DNA of 64,000 nt from IMG/VR virus record IMGVR_UViG_3300025530_000412; one strand, written 5' to 3'. Under the pieces are notes generated by a model that searched no databases, was not told the DNA's origin, and saw nothing but the letters and a program-made list of their open reading frames with translations. The position numbers were made by a program, and so were the translations under genes. Positions 40,650 through 49,080 of the stretch are shown piece by piece. Source of the DNA: an uncultured virus (IMG/VR IMGVR_UViG_3300025530_000412) (Duplodnaviria; Heunggongvirae; Uroviricota; Caudoviricetes). Position 1 is the stretch's first letter. Each line of letters starts with the position of its first letter.

Positions 40650-41520
40650 CAGCCATCATTTGTTCATATTCTTTTTTTCTTTCTTCATAAAACTTATAGA
40701 TATCTTCATATTTAGCAGGTGGCAAACCTTTTAAATCTCTTGCATAATTTATGTAGCACCATAATGTAAAATCTGCTCTATCTTGTGGTCTTGCTTTAAA
40801 TTTAGGTAATATTGGTATAATATCAACTGCTTGCTCAACCGTTCTAACCAATTGAGAAAATGTATCCAATCCATCAGACAAATCAGCTTTAGAAAGTTGT
40901 GATGGATTAATTTTTGCAGATGCAGCAGCATCTTTTGCAAGTTTGCCCCAAGCTTCAGCTTCTTTATAAGCTCCTTTTTGTGTAGCTAATTCCTCTTTTA
41001 CTCTGTAACGAACATAAATTTTTAATGCTTCTGTATGCATTGCTGTTCTTTCTGGATAATTTACTCTCAATTCTTGATATTTTTTTTCAAATAATTTAAT
41101 TTCTTCTAGTGGATAATCTCCCCATTTTTCAATTAATTCTTTATTGCTAACTATTTGAGTTTTATTTTCACTATCTTTTATGTTAATTAATTCATCTTTA
41201 CTTTCAAAAATACTATCATCCCACGTTAAGCCTTGAAATTGCCTTAATGAATTTGCCATTCGCATATAATTGCCGAATGGATCTTTGTCACTTTTTTCAA
41301 GTGCTTTATTCCAATATTCAAGGATAAAAGGAATGTCAAGTGTTCTTAGTATAGAATAAACAGAATTCATGTCTTCATAATCAATCATTTCTTTTATGCA
41401 ATCTTTGCAAATAGGAGATTTGCCGTCGGTAAGTTTACTATTTGAATTATAAAAATTTGATATTTTTTTATCTTTATTGCATTTGGTACACTTTTTATAT
41501 AGCTCTTTTCTCCCTTTCAT
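40624..41520 (-). CDS. Putative terminase small subunit (Zn-finger N-terminus)
   Basis: CTKC...ICKDC; directly upstream of and overlapping terL; likely ATG at 41520. Confidence 0.6.
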   Translation of the reverse strand: MKGRKELYKKCTKCNKDKKISNFYNSNSKLTDGKSPICKDCIKEMIDYEDMNSVYSILRTLDIPFILEYWNKALEKSDKDPFGNYMRMANSLRQFQGLTWDDSIFESKDELINIKDSENKTQIVSNKELIEKWGDYPLEEIKLFEKKYQELRVNYPERTAMHTEALKIYVRYRVKEELATQKGAYKEAEAWGKLAKDAAASAKINPSQLSKADLSDGLDTFSQLVRTVEQAVDIIPILPKFKARPQDRADFTLWCYINYARDLKGLPPAKYEDIYKFYEERKKEYEQMMAGEEQDGEL

Positions 41521-41802
41521 AATTTCACCCTCTTTCTCCCCCTTTTGTTTTAAAAAATCATGAGAAGGAAGACGAGGGAGATAGCGTCTATTTTTCAGAA
41601 CCTTACTACCGAGGTTCCTCCTTCTCATGAAAAAATATAAATATATAAATAAAAACACTCCAACTTACGTTGAAGTGCTTGACATTTATATATTTACACT
41701 GCAACCGTCAGAAAGCCTCTGCCTTTAGGCATGGGGATGAATGGCGGTAAATATTGACAATAAAATAAAATATATTAAAATAAAAATAAAGGAGATGATA
41801 TA

Positions 41803-42861
41803 TTGCAATCACTAACAATCAAAATAAGATTTTTTCCAACTAATCCAATTATATTGAAACAATTATCTCAAGAATATATTAAAATTGTAAATCAATTAAC
41901 AAAACAAGCAGTTGATAATGATTCATTTCCGAAAATCACGACAAAAAATATCCAAACATCACTCCCATCTGCTATTTGTAATCAAGCAATTAGAGATGCA
42001 AAAAGTGTTTTTAATAAATATAGAAAAACTAAAAAGTTATCTGTACTTAAAAAACCTGTGTATTATATTAATAATCAAAACTATACAATTTTAGATAATG
42101 CGATTGCTTTTCCTATTTCTATTAACGGTAAAACAAAGAAAACGTATTTTAAAGCCATTCCAACAGAGAAAGATATGAAATTAATTAAAAAATCTAAACT
42201 TGGTCTTATGCGTATTGTTGAAAAATCAGGCAAATGGTATGCTCAAGTTTCAATTCAGATTCCAGAACAAGAAGATGTTAATAGTGAAAATATAATGGGT
42301 GTTGATCTTGGATTAAAAGTTCCTGCTGTATGTGTAACATCAACAGGTAAAACTAGATTTTTTGGTAACGGTAGACAAATAAAATATATTCGTCGCAAAT
42401 ACCAATCACGTAGAAAAAAATTAGGAAAACTTAAAAAGTTACATGCAATCAAGAAACTAGGAAACAAAGAAAGTCGATGGATGAAAGATCAAAATCATAA
42501 AATTAGTAGACAGATTATAAATTTTGCTATCAAAGAAAATGTATCAGCAATTAAACTCGAAATTTTGGCGAATATTCGCCAAACGACAAGAACAAGTCGT
42601 AAAAACGCAAAGAATCTGCATAATTGGTCGTTTTATCAGTTGCAAAAGTTTATTGAGTACAAAGCTAATTTAGCAGGAATTAAAGTTGTATATGTGAATC
42701 CAGCATATACTTCGCAAACTTGCCCTTGTTGTGGAACAAGGAATCGTGCAGATGATCGAAAATACGAATGTTCATGCGGATTCAAAACACATCGAGATCA
42801 GGTTGGAGCGATAAATATTATGCGTCAACCTGTGACAGATGGTAACAGTCTGTCAGCCTAA
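41803..42861 (+). CDS. tnpB: RNA-guided endonuclease TnpB
   Basis: RuvC-I GVDLG, RuvC-II KLE, Zn finger CPCCG...CSCG, RuvC-III HRD..GAINI. Confidence 0.93.
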   Translation: MQSLTIKIRFFPTNPIILKQLSQEYIKIVNQLTKQAVDNDSFPKITTKNIQTSLPSAICNQAIRDAKSVFNKYRKTKKLSVLKKPVYYINNQNYTILDNAIAFPISINGKTKKTYFKAIPTEKDMKLIKKSKLGLMRIVEKSGKWYAQVSIQIPEQEDVNSENIMGVDLGLKVPAVCVTSTGKTRFFGNGRQIKYIRRKYQSRRKKLGKLKKLHAIKKLGNKESRWMKDQNHKISRQIINFAIKENVSAIKLEILANIRQTTRTSRKNAKNLHNWSFYQLQKFIEYKANLAGIKVVYVNPAYTSQTCPCCGTRNRADDRKYECSCGFKTHRDQVGAINIMRQPVTDGNSLSA

Positions 42862-42989
42862 GAACCTATATGGTCTGTCTTAGGATGGGCTGATGACACA
42901 GCCCTTAACTTGGAGATTGCATGAAGCAGAAATGCATGAGTGCGTTAATCATCCAAGAATCCCCCGCCTTTAGGTGTGGGGAGTGTCAA
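42780..42989 (+). ncRNA. Predicted omegaRNA (reRNA) scaffold; 5' boundary approximate
   Basis: Region from the tnpB 3' end to the right-end TCAA, as established for TnpB elements. Confidence 0.6.
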
Positions 42990-43318
42990 AAATTTAAATG
43001 TTGCTTTAATACTTCCAAATTCTTTGCTTTAATTTGAATATCAGCAATCTCATTTTCAATATATGAAATAGTACTTGCATACGTATATAAATCAAATAAT
43101 ACTTCTTTTGCTTCTTTTAATGTTTTACATTTTCTTAATTGCTTAGCATACTGTTCAATTACATTGTCTACATTAATCTCCAATTTAGGGATCATTATTA
43201 AATCGATATCTTCGGGTTCATCGATCAAATAAACGTCACCAAATTCATCATCTTCAAAATCATTAATTTGTTCTTCATTCAATTTATCCACCTCCAAACG
43301 GAAGCAGAGGATTCGCAT
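42986..43318 (-). CDS. Acidic hypothetical protein (true start probably near 43282)
   Basis: RBS GGAGGTGG before TTG; stop codon supplied by the IS right end. Confidence 0.6.
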   Translation of the reverse strand: MRILCFRLEVDKLNEEQINDFEDDEFGDVYLIDEPEDIDLIMIPKLEINVDNVIEQYAKQLRKCKTLKEAKEVLFDLYTYASTISYIENEIADIQIKAKNLEVLKQHLNF

Positions 43319-43391
43319 GTTTCACATATTGCGATTCATACTACGTGAACCTCACACGACTAAAGCCGCTGGTGTGTGTCAGCGCGAATTT

Positions 43392-44627
43392 TCAAACATA
43401 ATGAATACTCTCCAACTCTTCTAAGCTATACTCAAACAACATAAAACGCTTATGTCCACCAACATATCCATTATCTTGATGCCATTTATCTGTTTTGTTT
43501 CTGGTTGCTAATGTTCTAACCATCATACCGAACACATCTTTAGCGTCTTCAATATGAATATGTCCCATATGTATTTCTCTATTTTTGGCTTTTGCCCATA
43601 AATCAGGAAACTCAATGGGGAATATGTTATGCAAATTTTTTCTTGCTTTATCCCCATGTGTAATTCCAATGAAGTTATCTCCAAATACATGTACTTTTCT
43701 TTCTTGAAAAGAATCATCAAATTCAACTTGAGGAAATCTAGCTTTTAAAAATTGTACAAAAGCCCAACTCATTGATTCATCATGATTTCCTTTTGCATAC
43801 ATAACCTTTACATTACTGGATTGTTTAATAGCAACTTCAATTAATGGCTCATAAAATACTCGACAATCATTCCATGCTTTTACCATATCTACATTTTCGA
43901 TAATTGTCCCATTCGCTGTACTTGAACGAAAATTGTCGTGATGAAATAGATCCTGACCAACTACAAACAAAACTTCTTTCCATTTACTTTGACTTAATTT
44001 ATGTATAATCTTTACTTGGGTTGGTTTGTAATATTCATAATCTGATATTCCAAAATGAGCATCAAATAATGGAATTTCCAATAATCTATTATTATTTACT
44101 TTTATTTTTTCAATTTCAATATGTAATGGATTGGTTTGTTTTATAGTCTCTAATAGTTTATTAAAATCAAATGTATTTTGTTTTGGTCTTACAGTTATTT
44201 GGCTCGCATATAATTGAAGCACTCCATCTTGTTTGCTATAGGTATTCCAAATATTTGATCTGGCAGAGACTAATTCCCAAGCATTGGAATCATATCCATG
44301 TGCCTTCAATAAAAACTCAGGATTTTTTGAATCCTCAAAACTCATTTTTACCAATTTATTGCTTGATTGAGTGCCATCTTTATGTATTTCTACTGTTTCT
44401 TTAAATGATTTTTCTTTTAAAATATCACTTTTATTTTCATTTTTACTTTCTTTATTCTTTTTAAATACTTGATTTTTTACCCAACATCGCAACATTTCTC
44501 CATCAGTGAATATATCTCCACCATATTGATTGGCTATTTGTTGCCAAGTTAAATCAAGTAAACCTTCACGTTTTTTTATGCCCAATTCAAGGAGTTTATC
44601 TTTATTCAAGAAATCACCCCTTAACAT
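43392..44627 (-). CDS. Calcineurin-like metallophosphoesterase (YonJ-like)
   Basis: DAHFG, GQDLFH.D, GNHD, THGD, GHIH. Confidence 0.8.
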   Translation of the reverse strand: MLRGDFLNKDKLLELGIKKREGLLDLTWQQIANQYGGDIFTDGEMLRCWVKNQVFKKNKESKNENKSDILKEKSFKETVEIHKDGTQSSNKLVKMSFEDSKNPEFLLKAHGYDSNAWELVSARSNIWNTYSKQDGVLQLYASQITVRPKQNTFDFNKLLETIKQTNPLHIEIEKIKVNNNRLLEIPLFDAHFGISDYEYYKPTQVKIIHKLSQSKWKEVLFVVGQDLFHHDNFRSSTANGTIIENVDMVKAWNDCRVFYEPLIEVAIKQSSNVKVMYAKGNHDESMSWAFVQFLKARFPQVEFDDSFQERKVHVFGDNFIGITHGDKARKNLHNIFPIEFPDLWAKAKNREIHMGHIHIEDAKDVFGMMVRTLATRNKTDKWHQDNGYVGGHKRFMLFEYSLEELESIHYV

Positions 44628-44806
44628 TCTTTGGGTTCGACAGGAAACTCCTCTTTCAAAGTGAGTGAAACCAATTTCCCATCAAACCTACGCAATTCTG
44701 CAAGTAAATCATAAACAAAAACACCGTTTTTATCTTCCTCTGTAATTTCCATCGTATCCACATCTAGAACGCCATTAAATTGGACAGAATTATTTCTTTT
44801 TGCCAT
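44621..44806 (-). CDS. YonK-like small protein
   Basis: MAKRNNSV.F.G.LD...MEITE..K...YDL...L..FDGK.VS. Confidence 0.7.
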   Translation of the reverse strand: MAKRNNSVQFNGVLDVDTMEITEEDKNGVFVYDLLAELRRFDGKLVSLTLKEEFPVEPKEC

Positions 44807-44829
44807 TACATCAACTCCCTAAATTTTTT

Positions 44830-45483
44830 TCACCAAGTTAATGTATCTGCGTGAGTAGCAAGTTTTCCTCTAAAATTATGTGTTAAACTACATATTTTAA
44901 CATAAGATTCATTTTTAAAATGCTCTATGTATGGAACAAATCCACTTTTATCTGGATTAGGTAAATCATTTTGTCCATCATGACCAATCATTATTACTTT
45001 GCAATCATCATGAATTCTAGTTAAGACTTTTTTCAATTCTCCACGAGTGAAATTTTGTGCTTCATCAATGATTACAACCTTCCCTTTAAGGTTCATACCT
45101 CTAGCAAAAACATGAGACATGGGATATACCCATACTTCTCCGCGTTTTAATAAGTCTGGTCTTTCTGGATTAAATATTACTCGTTCAGGATCTTCATTTA
45201 TTTCAATTAACGCATCTTTCAAGGGGGTAATATATGACTCTTCTTTTTCTCTTTGGTTTCCGGGTCTAAAGCCCATCGTTCTTTCTTCAACAGGACTGAA
45301 TATATAATAAAGTGGTTTATTTAATAATTTGGCAACGGCAACAGCTAATGTAGTTTTTCCTGTTCCTGCTTTTGCATTGACAATAGTGAACTGGTAGTCA
45401 AAAATTGCATTCACATATTCTTTTTGCTCTTCAGTAAGCTTTGGAGCAAATCCAAATAAAAGATTATCTTTTGGTAGTGGCAT
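44830..45483 (-). CDS. phoH: PhoH-family ATPase
   Basis: AKAGTGKT, GFRPG, RGMNL, IIDEAQN, GHDGQND. Confidence 0.88.
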   Translation of the reverse strand: MPLPKDNLLFGFAPKLTEEQKEYVNAIFDYQFTIVNAKAGTGKTTLAVAVAKLLNKPLYYIFSPVEERTMGFRPGNQREKEESYITPLKDALIEINEDPERVIFNPERPDLLKRGEVWVYPMSHVFARGMNLKGKVVIIDEAQNFTRGELKKVLTRIHDDCKVIMIGHDGQNDLPNPDKSGFVPYIEHFKNESYVKICSLTHNFRGKLATHADTLTW

Positions 45484-45582
45484 AATAAACCCCCATATCT
45501 ATATCTAAAAATTTACGATTCGACGCTATGCAACCATTTGAGGAAATTCATAGTTGCATAGCGTCACTATTAGAGGGGTATA

Positions 45583-45861
45583 TTAAGAATTGCGTACTGC
45601 TTCTTTTAGTTTTGCTCCAGCCTTAAATGCAGGGGATACACGACTAGGTACTTGAATAGTTTCTCCAGTTTGAAGATTACGAGCAGTACGCGCAGCGCGT
45701 TTTCGAGTTAGAAATTTTCCAAAGCCACTAATGTTTACATCTTGACCTTGAGCAAGGGCTTCAGTCACAACGTCAGTAAAAGCTTCTACAACTGTACTAA
45801 CATCTTTTTTAGTGTAACCTGTATTTTTTGAAATTGCTGTAATTAAATCTGCTTTGTTCAT
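45583..45861 (-). CDS. hup: Histone-like DNA-binding protein HU
   Basis: MNKADLI, GFGKF, RAARTARN.QTGE, PAFKAG. Confidence 0.95.
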   Translation of the reverse strand: MNKADLITAISKNTGYTKKDVSTVVEAFTDVVTEALAQGQDVNISGFGKFLTRKRAARTARNLQTGETIQVPSRVSPAFKAGAKLKEAVRNS

Positions 45862-45970
45862 AAATTGATCAATCTCCCTTTAAATTTTTGTTTTTTGAGA
45901 AAGTAAAATATTCATACCCTCTCATACTATATACTGTAATTAGGCACTTATTTGTTATATTTTGACGTAA

Positions 45971-47575
45971 TTATCTACAATTTTTACAAAAACTATGTAA
46001 TCCATCCTTATTCCTTTTGTCTGGACTAAAATATTTTGTTGTTGCTAATCTATTTTGTTTACATTTTGCACATGTCTTATAAGTTCCCTTAACCTTATAG
46101 GTAAAGATCCAATCTTCTCGATCTTGTAAATATGTACTAGCTATCATTTTAGGAATAGTATCATTATAAATTTTTGATAATCTATCTTCGGTTAATTTTA
46201 CACCGTATTTTTTATATATCTTCTCAATAATATCTTTGGCTTCATATCCGTCAATCTTCATAATCAAAATATCTTTAATGTAATCATCAAATAAAGTTTT
46301 TTCAATTAACTCATCTAATACAAATAAGATTGCCCACATGTCATGATCAGGTTGATAATATACACTTTGCTTAAGTTGACTGTAGTAATTAATCAATTCT
46401 AAAATATGTTTCTCTTTAGCAAAATCAATTCTGTTTTCTGATACTAATACATAGTCACCATATACAATTTGCCCATCAACGTATTTATCTGAAAAATATC
46501 CTGTATCTTCATCAAAATTAAAAACTGTTGATTCCTTTGTTAATCTTTTAAAATGAATAATACCAGCTAATTTTTCTTTCATTATCACTATTTCAGATGA
46601 CAAGTCCTTAAATAATTTCTTTAACATATATAACTGTTTTTCGCCGTATTTAGTTACAATTGCTTTTTCACATTCTTTTTTAATGTTGCTGTTCTTACCA
46701 TGACCTAATACTTTTCTTAAGTATTGTAATACATCATATACTTCTTTGATTTCAGGATATTTTACCAAATCTTCGCTAGTTATTTTTATTTTTTTGTTGA
46801 TTGTGAATATTTTAGGTATCTTTTCAACTTCTTCCTTGCTACCAAGTAAAATTTCTTTCTTACTCCCCAAATTCATGTTCTTCTTTGTTTTTTTAAGTTT
46901 TACAGTACTTCCCCATTCAACACTTTTCTTTTTTTGTGTTTGATTTTTATATTTAGGAAATACCAAATAATCAACAATAGTACTTAAACCAAGTAAAGAA
47001 GTATCATTTTCTGTCAAGAAATCAGATTTTGATTTAATTTGTTTTTTTGCAAATAATGGTGAACTAATATAATTTATTAACCATTCTATCTTTTCATTGG
47101 TTAACACCTTATTTAAATGTTCAACTCGATCTTCTGCAAATTCTAAATTATAATCTAATTGTTTGATAATAGAATATAAAAATTGTTGGATGCTTCCGTC
47201 AACATGCCACTTTTTCTGTTTTGACCACTCATCTCTTTTTTGTTGCCACGGTCTTTTTATTTCCTCTAGGTTATAACCATAATCGATTTCATTACTTCTA
47301 AACTGATTAATCCAATAATTTTTTCTTTCATTCAATTTATCAGGATCGTCAAGTGTTTCAAGAATAATAAATTCAAATGAATCTTGCTTGTATTTATTCC
47401 AAGCATCCTGCAATCTCTTATTTTTATGCTCTCCCTTGTTTAATTTTTTGATCAATGGTGCCTTGTATGTATTAATATTTTTTGTTGAATTAATAAACAT
47501 TTTATTTGTATGTTTGTTTGTAATGCAATAAATTCCTAGTTGAGAATCATTCATCATTGTCCCTTGTATCACCAC
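45971..47575 (-). CDS. Protein with a GIY-YIG-like N-terminus, C-terminal HTH-like segment and Zn finger
   Basis: GIYCITN...MFINS, HKNKRLQDAWNKY...F.FIILE, GYNL; CAKC...FCKNC. Confidence 0.6.
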   Translation of the reverse strand: MVIQGTMMNDSQLGIYCITNKHTNKMFINSTKNINTYKAPLIKKLNKGEHKNKRLQDAWNKYKQDSFEFIILETLDDPDKLNERKNYWINQFRSNEIDYGYNLEEIKRPWQQKRDEWSKQKKWHVDGSIQQFLYSIIKQLDYNLEFAEDRVEHLNKVLTNEKIEWLINYISSPLFAKKQIKSKSDFLTENDTSLLGLSTIVDYLVFPKYKNQTQKKKSVEWGSTVKLKKTKKNMNLGSKKEILLGSKEEVEKIPKIFTINKKIKITSEDLVKYPEIKEVYDVLQYLRKVLGHGKNSNIKKECEKAIVTKYGEKQLYMLKKLFKDLSSEIVIMKEKLAGIIHFKRLTKESTVFNFDEDTGYFSDKYVDGQIVYGDYVLVSENRIDFAKEKHILELINYYSQLKQSVYYQPDHDMWAILFVLDELIEKTLFDDYIKDILIMKIDGYEAKDIIEKIYKKYGVKLTEDRLSKIYNDTIPKMIASTYLQDREDWIFTYKVKGTYKTCAKCKQNRLATTKYFSPDKRNKDGLHSFCKNCR

Positions 47576-47765
47576 CTTTCTTATTTAAATTTAATAGTTG
47601 AATATAATAATCATCATCCGTATCTTCAATATATTCTTTATACAATCGTCCACTAGTAATATGTTCTAAAAAATATGGTAATTCATCCCCTTCTTTTGTA
47701 TAAAAAATATGAGGCACTTCATAATATTTAATTGCTTGATATTTTATTTTATTTGCGTTTTTCAT
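47547..47765 (-). CDS. Hypothetical protein
   Basis: ORF overlapping the next gene; upstream RBS and divergent promoter. Confidence 0.45.
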   Translation of the reverse strand: MKNANKIKYQAIKYYEVPHIFYTKEGDELPYFLEHITSGRLYKEYIEDTDDDYYIQLLNLNKKGGDTRDNDE

Positions 47766-47880
47766 TTCAATCTTTATTCAATTATTTAGAATAAAATAAT
47801 TGCCTCCTTTCTGATTATATTCTTACTTTTAGAATATCATAAAATTAATAAAATATCAATATTTATAATATTTTACGTTA

Positions 47881-47909
47881 TTGACTTTTCATAAAAATGC
47901 CTATATACT
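47881..47909 (+). promoter_or_regulatory. sigmaA promoter
   Basis: TTGACT-17-TATACT. Confidence 0.7.
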
Positions 47910-47945
47910 TAAAGTATATACCAAATTTTTGAAAGGAGTATGTAA

Positions 47946-49004
47946 ATGAATTCCATAAATTATGCAAACAATGTAACTAGATTAAATCAAAATACTGTAT
48001 TTGATCATATTCAAATCTTCCTTCGTAATAAAGCAAAAAGTAGCAAAAACACAGCCATAAAATACGAAAAAGATATACGAGATTTTTTTATGTATTTAAG
48101 AAACAAAAATATTGAAGATTTAACTACTGATGATTTGAAGGTAATTAATGCAGAAGTGTTGGATTATCAATCATATCTCTCTGATCGATTTAAAAATTCC
48201 ACCGTAAATAGTAAATTAGTGGCAGTAAAAAGTTTGTATAAATTTTTTCAAAAAAATAATTATGATGTGAACCCACACGCACTTGATGTAGATGATCTAC
48301 CAGATGATTCAACCAGAATAGGATTCTTATCTCCTGATGAAGTGTTTTTATTGGCTGAGTTAGCGCTTAAATATGAAACCCACAATCGCTATATGAAATA
48401 TGCTTTAATTCTTTTAGCCTTTGCAACCAGCATGAGGCAAAATGCTTTATTACAGTTAGAATATAAACACATTAGACAATGTGATAAAGATCCTAACAAA
48501 TATATTATTGAACCAGACTTTTTGGATAAAGGCAAGAAAATTTACAAAGAAATCCATGCAGACCTTTATCAAATTCTTCTTCAAGCAAAAGAAAAAGATG
48601 TGCGAAAACGTACCGATGACAAACTATTCACAATAGATGCTAAAGGTATTTCTCAAATGATGCAACGACTTTGTAAAATTGCTGGTTTTGATCCAAGAAG
48701 AAACATCTCTTTTCACAGTATCCGAAAAGCTGGCGCAGATTTTGCTTATGAATTTACTGGTGGGGATATGACGGCTGTAACTGCTCAAGGTTCTTGGAGT
48801 TCTCCTGATGTGCCTTATAAGTATTATCTTAAACCACAAACAAATATCACAGGGATTGCAGCTTTTGAAAAAATTGATGATGATGTATTTGATCAATTGA
48901 CCCATGAAGAATTATTGATGTTAGTAAAAAAACAAGGAAATGGTTTTGGACAAAAACTACGGAGGGAGGCACAAAATATTATAAATAATAGAAAAAACAA
49001 TTGA
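47946..49004 (+). CDS. Tyrosine recombinase family protein
   Basis: SAM-like N-terminus; TSMR, DKGK, FHSIRK, QGSW, YY. Confidence 0.85.
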   Translation: MNSINYANNVTRLNQNTVFDHIQIFLRNKAKSSKNTAIKYEKDIRDFFMYLRNKNIEDLTTDDLKVINAEVLDYQSYLSDRFKNSTVNSKLVAVKSLYKFFQKNNYDVNPHALDVDDLPDDSTRIGFLSPDEVFLLAELALKYETHNRYMKYALILLAFATSMRQNALLQLEYKHIRQCDKDPNKYIIEPDFLDKGKKIYKEIHADLYQILLQAKEKDVRKRTDDKLFTIDAKGISQMMQRLCKIAGFDPRRNISFHSIRKAGADFAYEFTGGDMTAVTAQGSWSSPDVPYKYYLKPQTNITGIAAFEKIDDDVFDQLTHEELLMLVKKQGNGFGQKLRREAQNIINNRKNN

Positions 49005-49080
49005 CAACAATACTCTTTATTGTTATTTTGTTTTTAAACATAAAATATATTATATAATTACTAAACATACCCACACATGA

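Larger units (their letters stand above)
41698..42989 (+). mobile_element. IS200/IS605-family (IS1341-type) tnpB-only element
   Basis: Left end: TTAC|...AAAG-CCTCTGCCTTTAGGCATGGGG hairpin; right end: GAAT-CCCCCGCCTTTAGGTGTGGGG-AGTG-TCAA; no tnpA. Confidence 0.85.

Noticed and set aside
43290..43392. tRNA gene
   Set aside because: T-arm-like halves are separated by ~32 nt, and no acceptor stem or anticodon arm can be built
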